DNA from: Picochlorum sp. SENEW3
Lineage: Eukaryota
Assembly (NCBI GenBank): GCA_034226945.1
Contig: CP120459.1
Location: 806,001 to 870,000, forward strand
Direction: 5' to 3'
Length of the DNA: 64,000 bases
Positions 57,401-64,000 of this stretch are shown piece after piece. Position 1 is the stretch's first letter. Each line of letters opens with the position of its first letter. The translations under genes and the position numbers were made by a program. The notes under the pieces are model-generated. The model had not been told where the DNA came from. It did not search any database and worked only from the letters and a program-made list of their open reading frames with translations.

Positions 57401-59909
57401 CGCAGTGGCAACAGCGCATGGAAATCGCCTGTCTGTACACCTTTGGAAGGAGGTTCTGTGGGAAAACCTCTTCCCATTGCTTCGGTATGCCTTCCATATG
57501 AGTGTCACTTCATCCAAAGAGGAGGCAGAGGCTGCCTTGCTTGGCAAATCTAAAGGCGAACAAGTGCGACTGGTTGTCCACCATTCGAGAAATACTGAAC
57601 AGAAACAGTGGGATGAGACCGTTGTTGTCTCTTTGGCTGGTATGGCTCGGCTGATTCGAAGTCATTTGGGAATCATGTCTCAACTGGAGGGTTTTGAGGA
57701 GGGCTGGTCTGAACTGATGGTTGTAGTGGAGAGCAGCCTTGCTGGAGGACGGAAGGAAGTTGCTCTCGCAGCGATGAACTTAATCAGCGGACTCATGGGA
57801 ACGACACGTGTGGACATCAACAATCTCATGTGGCAAAGAGGTATCCGGGCTTTGGATGTTGGGGTCGTGGCAGCTACAAGTTCTGGCTGTCAGGTTCCTC
57901 TCGGTGCACGAACAGAACTAGTTAATGTTATTGGAGCACTCTATGAGGGCAATCGACAGCGTTTTGATAGAACATCATCCTTGGAAGTATACAAGTGGAT
58001 TGAAAGTTTCTGTAGGAATCCGTGGAGCGAGGACGATGCAGGAAATCCAGTCCAGCCAGTAGGAATGCCCCCTGTGCAGAAAACAGCTCTCAATGTGCTA
58101 TTGAAGCTTCAGCCAACACACGACGAGACTTTGTGGCCAGACTACCTGGAGACAGTAGCAAAGCTCCTGGATCCAGAGCATGCCATTGCTCTCATGGATT
58201 CTCAGGCAGCAACTTCTGGAGTCAAGCATAGTGGTGCCGTGGAACATGATAATGCTACGAGTGAGCCTCTTCCACCTCCCTCTTCAGCACAGTATCGATT
58301 CGCCCTCAACGCTGCCTTTGTTGAAAGGGTTATGGAGCAGCTGACAATTCTCTTCGAGCAGGCGCCTCTGCCTGCCAGGGCAGCTGCATTCCCTGGCGTA
58401 GTCGATGTTCTAGGACGATGTATGGAGGTATGTTGGATTAGTTTTCATGATTTGAAAGTGTATTGACGGGGCCATGGGGAAAAAAGATGCCAAGTGGCGA
58501 GCAAAAGTGTTCTGTTCGCGCCCGGGTTTGAACCGAGGACCTTCAGCGTGTAAAGCTGACGCGCTAACCAACTGCGCCACGCGAACGGAAGACAGTATAA
58601 ATAGGAATTTCCTGTCAGCCCACTCCACCATGGAGGCGGCCGAGGCGTGTTTCCGTCACGTTTGGCCCAATTTGTGTCTTTTCGTGAGGCGGCATTGCTC
58701 TAATGACATGCGTGAATTTTTTTAATGCAGTTGAAGTTCACGGCTTATGAGCAGACATTGTGGAGAACGGCTGCTAATGTTTTCTTGAGACTCGTTCCTG
58801 TTGGAGTTACTGCAGCAGATGCGGTCAATCGGAGAAAGGAGCGTGCGGAAGATGAAGATGAGATGAAGATAAGGGATAGGGCATGGTTTTCTCTGTCCAA
58901 TGCGCTCTCAAAATTTCTCCTGGGGTTGAGTGTGGGGTCCCACACTCAACCTGCTCCTGAATTTGAGACAGACTCCAGAATTCCCACCACATCTGGGCCA
59001 TTCCTGGATCTTTCCAAGGAATCGGGAGAAGATGCGGATTCTATTCCAGTGATTCCGTATGTGTCCAGTACAAAGAGCAAAAGAAAGGGCAGGCTATTCT
59101 CACTCCGTGCACACCAGGATCCATCATCACCCCATGATGCCCAGGAGCATAATGTCTTGCCTCCAGAATCGAATGGATCTGCCGAAAAGACAGCGACTGA
59201 AGCTAGAGATAAAGAAGATTATGATTTGGATCTTAGAATGTTGGATTGTCTGACAGATGACATTTTAACGGCTTGTGGAACAGCAAGTCAGCCAGCAATT
59301 GATGGATTGATTCAGATCATTGAGCAGGGCATTAAACCACCAAAAGACAAACAAATGCAAGGATTATCAAATCAGGCAAACTTTGGCCTGATTTGCATCC
59401 GCAAAATGTATGTTTTATGTAGTAGAGGTTCGAATAACAGCAAGCAACGGGTCGGTGACGAAGATCAGATGCTGTATGAGGAAGTATCACGTGTACGAAA
59501 CCATGTTGCTACGTGTGCTTTGCCTCGTTTTCTGAAACAATGCCACGAAACGATCTTGGAATTTTCGGAAGAATCACAATATTCACATTTGGGTGATCGA
59601 CCAGTGGAGAGGCCGAAACTGGAAGAGATTATATGCATCCTGGAAGTTTTAGCAACGATGACCCTGGCCCCTGGTGTGGTGGATGCAATTCTTCCTCCGG
59701 ATGATCCCATGACAGAATACATCAAATTGATGAGAAAGAGGCCAGATGTTGTCAGTAGGGGTAAGGAGAGGACACATCTTCTCTTTCTCTATGATTCCTT
59801 GTGTTCCTTGATCACCTGCAGAGACGGTCGGGTGCGAGAGATGGTTCGCGATGTTATGGGTTTAGCTGGAGCTGACCTTGGAATATCACTGAATGCGGGC
59901 GTTTTGTGA
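54495..59909 (+). CDS. MON2: MON2 (Arf-GEF-like Golgi/endosome scaffold); exons 54495-56596, 56669-58427, 58731-59909
   Basis: LESEFRQLAVSARK; VQLKILQT; TAAATVRQ; DSRPEVRNSGARTLF; VHHSRNTEQKQWDET; C-terminal HLLFLYDSLCSLITCRDGRVRE; two in-frame introns. Confidence 0.9.
58513..58586 (-). tRNA. trnV-UAC: tRNA-Val (anticodon TAC), intronless
   Basis: Reverse complement folds to a cloverleaf: GTTCGCG/CGCGAAC acceptor stem, GCGC D-stem, TCAGC-TT TAC AC-GCTGA anticodon arm, CTCGG-TTCAAAC-CCGGG T arm; oligo-T runs downstream. Confidence 0.97.
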
Positions 59910-59980
59910 TGGCTACAGGATTTTGATTTGAACACATACGTATTTATACATATCTATATACTGTATATTAATTTTTAGAG

Positions 59981-62900
59981 TCACGCAAATTCTGCAATAA
60001 TCTCATCTATTTCTTCCAGCGTCTGGGAAACTTCAACAATCTTGCATGTTGAATCTGTATCCTCGTCGAGTGGAACGGATGAGTTTGAATCTCTTCCTTC
60101 GCAAGATGAGAACAGTTTCTGAAGTTTTGCAGGATCCACAGATTTTACTTGTAGGTCATTGCTTTCCATCGATCCGAGAATCATCAGTAAAATTTCGTTT
60201 GCCCACGCGTGGTTCCCAGCTTTGATGTTCAGCTCTGCTGCACGAGCTTGACAGACGAGTTGCATTTTCATCTCCAATACCAGACCTGCTGCATGCCTTG
60301 CCAGGCGTGCTGCAAGCTCAGTATCCGATTTAGAGGCTTTGAGCATGAATTTCGCAGCCGCATACTCACTGACACATCTTCTACGGAAATCTTCATTTTC
60401 AGGTGCGAGATTCATCTTTGAGAAGGCTCTGCCAAATTCTCTGCTGGCCTTTTGCCACGAGGATGCCAAGAAATGCTTCGAGGCATTTTCATGATATTTT
60501 TCAGACTCTGGTGGAATAGCAGCTAATGAAGCAGATGGTTGCCCTAAGTTCACATCACCTTCATCGAAATCGAGCAGACTGCTTTCACCAGTCTGGAGAA
60601 TTTCTTCATTATCTGCCTTGTCTACATGTGTTTCTGGTGATGCGAACAATGCCTCAAATTCGTTCCAACCTGAAAGTAGATCACTTTGAGGTACTTGCGC
60701 TGGCTGATTTTGGGGCTTCATTGGTGCAAAATACTCCTCTGGAAGAGCACCTGAAGGCTGTGGAGATATCCTTTGTGTTGAGGTTACTCCCAGCCCACTT
60801 AAAGAAGCAAAAGCATCACCGCCTTCTACCACTTCTTTCACTGGATTTTCAGACTCCTTTTCACTTAAAGAAGGCTCTGTTCCAAAATCTTCACTAGACT
60901 CAGCATCTTTTGATGACGAAAGCCCCTTGAAAGATGCCTTTGATACTTGGCCCAACTTCAACGACTTTGCCGCATCTAGCAAAGACTCGCTATCATTCAC
61001 TGATTCTATTTCTTCCTTTGATTTGATTTTGAATATCAATTTATTCGTTGTGGTGGAAGCAAAATTTGCCGCCGATTCGCCGCCCATAAGACTGGACTCG
61101 TCATCAGAGCTGTAGAACTCGTCATCAATGAGCTTCTTTGAAGCAAAGAAGGCAGCTCTAGCTTCTTCCTGCGCTTTCGGAGACTTCAGAGACTCTTTAA
61201 CTCCTACAGATTCACTAACACTGGTCTCTGTGGCGGTGTCTGACTCTGGACCAGCTGTTATTACTCTTTGTACAGCATTCAGGGCACTGTCCTCCTCGTC
61301 ATCAAAATCAAATTCTTCCACATGTTCAATCTCCTCCCCGGCAATTTCATCCTTAGACTCCGTGATAATAGAGCCTGGCCTAATTGTCGCACCTGAGAAA
61401 CCAAGATAAGATGCCAGTTTTGATTTATCAACCCTGCTTATTGGATCCCCCTTGTGGCCATCATCACTGTCACTGTCCATCTCAATGCCAGGAGGAATCT
61501 CACCAGAAGCAATGGCACTCTCATCAACTTGCAACGTAGCCTCCATGAAGGGGAGCCTATCAGATGGGGCCAGATCCCAGGATGGAAAGTTTTCAGCAGG
61601 AAGTACATCAGTTGGACTCTCATCTCCAGCAATCATTGGTTTGGCACTTTCTTGTAGTTCATAATCTTCCACAAACGGCCTTCCACCAAATTTGGTTGGG
61701 TTACTTGCTACACTGCGTCTAAATGCATCTTCATTCACTGCCAATAGATGGTTTGCAAGGAGTTCTGCCTTTCTTCCCCCTCTGGATGCATAGCGATGCA
61801 GTCCATCAAAGTCTCCTTGGAATATACACAATGCAAACAACTCTCGCCACGCGCCTGCTGCCTCAAATAAATCCTTTGCATATTTAAAATGACCATAAAG
61901 CTCACAAGATCTTGCAAGAATCACCATCTTCTCGTAAAGAAGAGAGGTCTCTTCAGGGTGGTCTGGGTAGAATTCACTTTCCTCATACTCGAGCATAGTA
62001 TGTGCAACAATGCCTTCCCAATCACCTGCAGCAGCTTTAAAGATCCCCCTCTTTGCATCATTTATCTCTGGCAACTCCGAACACGAAGCAGCAGCAGACA
62101 CAATGTCAGCAAATCCCAAATTAGACACTCCATCTAGAATTGATATTGGGATTTTCGTGGCACCATAACTGGACAGCAGAGATTTCAAAGATTTTTCAGC
62201 CCTCTCAAAAGATCCAGGAAGGATGCTCTTTGAGTACAGGTGCGCCCAGCCCAACAACATCATGGGAACAGGATCCCAAGCTCGATACGACGACTCAATA
62301 GCGCCAGAAGGGTTCCTGTATGCATACAGGAGCCTATCTCCAAGTGCACCAAGAATGGACACAGATGGACCCATCATCGCACTTGCCGCGTGGACGACAC
62401 TTCCATCAATACCGGCATAAAGGAACTGATCCATTGATGTTGATACTACCAGAGATGGACCGATCCAGAGACTGGACACTGGAATACCAGCATCCGCAGG
62501 AAGGAGGCATGATGAAATCAACTCTAGCTTATCAGACAGGAACAAAACCCTGTCAGACATGGTGACTGCCAGCACACATGGTATCGCCTCGTCTGCACCT
62601 TGCATATCAGAATGGTATGTTCCTGCTGGATCCATCAAATTCTGCCATGCTACTTGTATGACAGCAGATGCTGCTGGAAGTTGGTATGCAGCTTTAGATC
62701 TCAGCGATCGTGTATTGTGACTATACATTGAACTGGCTTGAGACACCTCCACCAAGCACAATTTATTTCTCATGGTCAAAGCTAAAATCGTCTTTGGAAT
62801 CTCTCGCCGCTTCACTTCGTACGCTTCCCATTCCTGCATGGCCGCTTCCTCCTCTTCATCCGTTTCATCATCATCCGCACTATGCATTTCTGGTTTGGGC

Positions 62901-64000
62901 TTGGGAGGGCCTGGAATCCGAGAGACAGGGCCTCGGAAAACAGCTGCAATTATACCATCTTCTATTCCATGTATGGTACTAATCATGCCTTTTGTGCCGT
63001 GGTTGGCAAGTTTGACTGTGTCGAAAATCATCAAAGACTTCCCAGAGTTTGTCAGGACAACAGCGAGCTCATCTCTAGACCCTGCAAACACTCCATCTCT
63101 TCCTGGGAACCACCAAGATCCTGGAGATACAGCCGCCTGACTATCCAATACAGCTGAAAACTGGAAAGATCCCGCGTGCTCACCTGTCGTAATTCTGGAG
63201 AAGAGCATCCAGACACCCCTCTTGCTACTATGCGCTGTCCTCACCAACATTCTTCCAACTTTTCCCGATTGCAACTTTGGCCTCATATATGTAGAAAGGA
63301 CGCCATGTGCAAGATCGAACATTAAAACTGAATCTGGCGTTGTCACAAACGTTGAACGCGGAAAATGCAATTCAGAGACGGTTCCATCATGAGATGCATC
63401 AGACCCTTGCAGCCAAAAGTATGGTGAGGAGTGCAACGGATGACACGGTGGCGTTCCCATCTCGTCATCACTAATAACTGATATTAAAGGTATCTTGAAC
63501 GTGGATACTGCCACTGAATTATCAGTTGCAGCACTCCAAAACGCCATCATCCCAGACTTGGGATGGATAACACTGCCAGCAACAACAGCAGTATCACTCA
63601 TACCCAGCATACTTTGCGAGCTTCCTCTGCCATTACCATCCAAAGCAGCCCAGAGAGAACTTGGTATAGCGTGACACGATGCAAATGATATCCCAGTATC
63701 TTCACTAATTGTATATTTCCACGCAAAGAATCCCACATTTCCTCTTGCTTGACACACCGCTGCAACAGCAAGGGACCCTTGCTGTACAAATCCAAACCCT
63801 CCAACTACCCCACCTGTCCCTGTCTTCAGAACATGAATCATTCTTATTGTATTCCCGATACTCTCTAGTATACTAACCCCACTACGCTCCGCCTCAACAA
63901 CAATGATAGAGCCACCCTTTTTCTTGTCAACATGAGGAAATGCATGCAATTTCACTCGTTCTTGCGTCGCCGAGAATGGAACTCCATCAATACCCACAAC
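59981..64000 (-). CDS. TPLATE/TSET complex WD40 subunit TWD40-1 (TTRAY1)-like; 5' end lies beyond the window
   Basis: QVAWQ, SSLWIGPSLVVST, ILGALGDRLL, YPDHPEETSLLYEKMVILARSCELYGHFKYAKDLFE match remembered TWD40-1 motifs; acidic linker and helical C-terminus. Confidence 0.7.
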   Translation of the reverse strand, partial: VVGIDGVPFSATQERVKLHAFPHVDKKKGGSIIVVEAERSGVSILESIGNTIRMIHVLKTGTGGVVGGFGFVQQGSLAVAAVCQARGNVGFFAWKYTISEDTGISFASCHAIPSSLWAALDGNGRGSSQSMLGMSDTAVVAGSVIHPKSGMMAFWSAATDNSVAVSTFKIPLISVISDDEMGTPPCHPLHSSPYFWLQGSDASHDGTVSELHFPRSTFVTTPDSVLMFDLAHGVLSTYMRPKLQSGKVGRMLVRTAHSSKRGVWMLFSRITTGEHAGSFQFSAVLDSQAAVSPGSWWFPGRDGVFAGSRDELAVVLTNSGKSLMIFDTVKLANHGTKGMISTIHGIEDGIIAAVFRGPVSRIPGPPKPKPEMHSADDDETDEEEEAAMQEWEAYEVKRREIPKTILALTMRNKLCLVEVSQASSMYSHNTRSLRSKAAYQLPAASAVIQVAWQNLMDPAGTYHSDMQGADEAIPCVLAVTMSDRVLFLSDKLELISSCLLPADAGIPVSSLWIGPSLVVSTSMDQFLYAGIDGSVVHAASAMMGPSVSILGALGDRLLYAYRNPSGAIESSYRAWDPVPMMLLGWAHLYSKSILPGSFERAEKSLKSLLSSYGATKIPISILDGVSNLGFADIVSAAASCSELPEINDAKRGIFKAAAGDWEGIVAHTMLEYEESEFYPDHPEETSLLYEKMVILARSCELYGHFKYAKDLFEAAGAWRELFALCIFQGDFDGLHRYASRGGRKAELLANHLLAVNEDAFRRSVASNPTKFGGRPFVEDYELQESAKPMIAGDESPTDVLPAENFPSWDLAPSDRLPFMEATLQVDESAIASGEIPPGIEMDSDSDDGHKGDPISRVDKSKLASYLGFSGATIRPGSIITESKDEIAGEEIEHVEEFDFDDEEDSALNAVQRVITAGPESDTATETSVSESVGVKESLKSPKAQEEARAAFFASKKLIDDEFYSSDDESSLMGGESAANFASTTTNKLIFKIKSKEEIESVNDSESLLDAAKSLKLGQVSKASFKGLSSSKDAESSEDFGTEPSLSEKESENPVKEVVEGGDAFASLSGLGVTSTQRISPQPSGALPEEYFAPMKPQNQPAQVPQSDLLSGWNEFEALFASPETHVDKADNEEILQTGESSLLDFDEGDVNLGQPSASLAAIPPESEKYHENASKHFLASSWQKASREFGRAFSKMNLAPENEDFRRRCVSEYAAAKFMLKASKSDTELAARLARHAAGLVLEMKMQLVCQARAAELNIKAGNHAWANEILLMILGSMESNDLQVKSVDPAKLQKLFSSCEGRDSNSSVPLDEDTDSTCKIVEVSQTLEEIDEIIAEFA

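Noticed and set aside
1..64000. CRISPR arrays, rRNA, spliceosomal snRNAs, intact transposases or prokaryotic operons
   Set aside because: None seen by eye; the window is eukaryotic nuclear DNA with spliceosomal introns.

Overview
Eukaryotic nuclear DNA from a very gene-dense green alga (Chlorophyta; a Picochlorum-like compact trebouxiophyte is my inference). Support: short GT-AG introns mostly 68-130 nt, TGTAA polyadenylation signals after stop codons, and nucleus-encoded plastid and mitochondrial proteins with transit peptides. About 31 protein-coding genes, mostly housekeeping: MPP-beta, APC4, NIPA-type transporter, ACT-domain STY kinase, AZG permease, DHQ synthase, CPN60B, TAF1, TRF-like Myb, HGH1, plastid uL1, TMEM184, OMT1/DiT1, mitochondrial MDH, UTP4, LSD1-like, ATG18, SCYL1, purple acid phosphatase, DAG lipase, MON2, TWD40-1. 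There is one tRNA-Val(UAC), antisense inside a MON2 intron. The most unusual part is an accessory island at about 44.1-46.2 kb, bracketed by two ~88-bp direct repeats (copies of the phosphatase 3' end). It holds what looks like a decayed Fanzor/TnpB-like RuvC nuclease gene, three chained palindromes where that similarity breaks, and an intronless GRDP-like-domain/ubiquitin fusion gene. Also notable: an intronless bacterial-type BtuF-like binding protein with no signal peptide, and an RRM-less protein with tandem hnRNP-Q acidic-domain-like repeats. All family calls come from motif recognition by eye, not database searches; splice models are manual.
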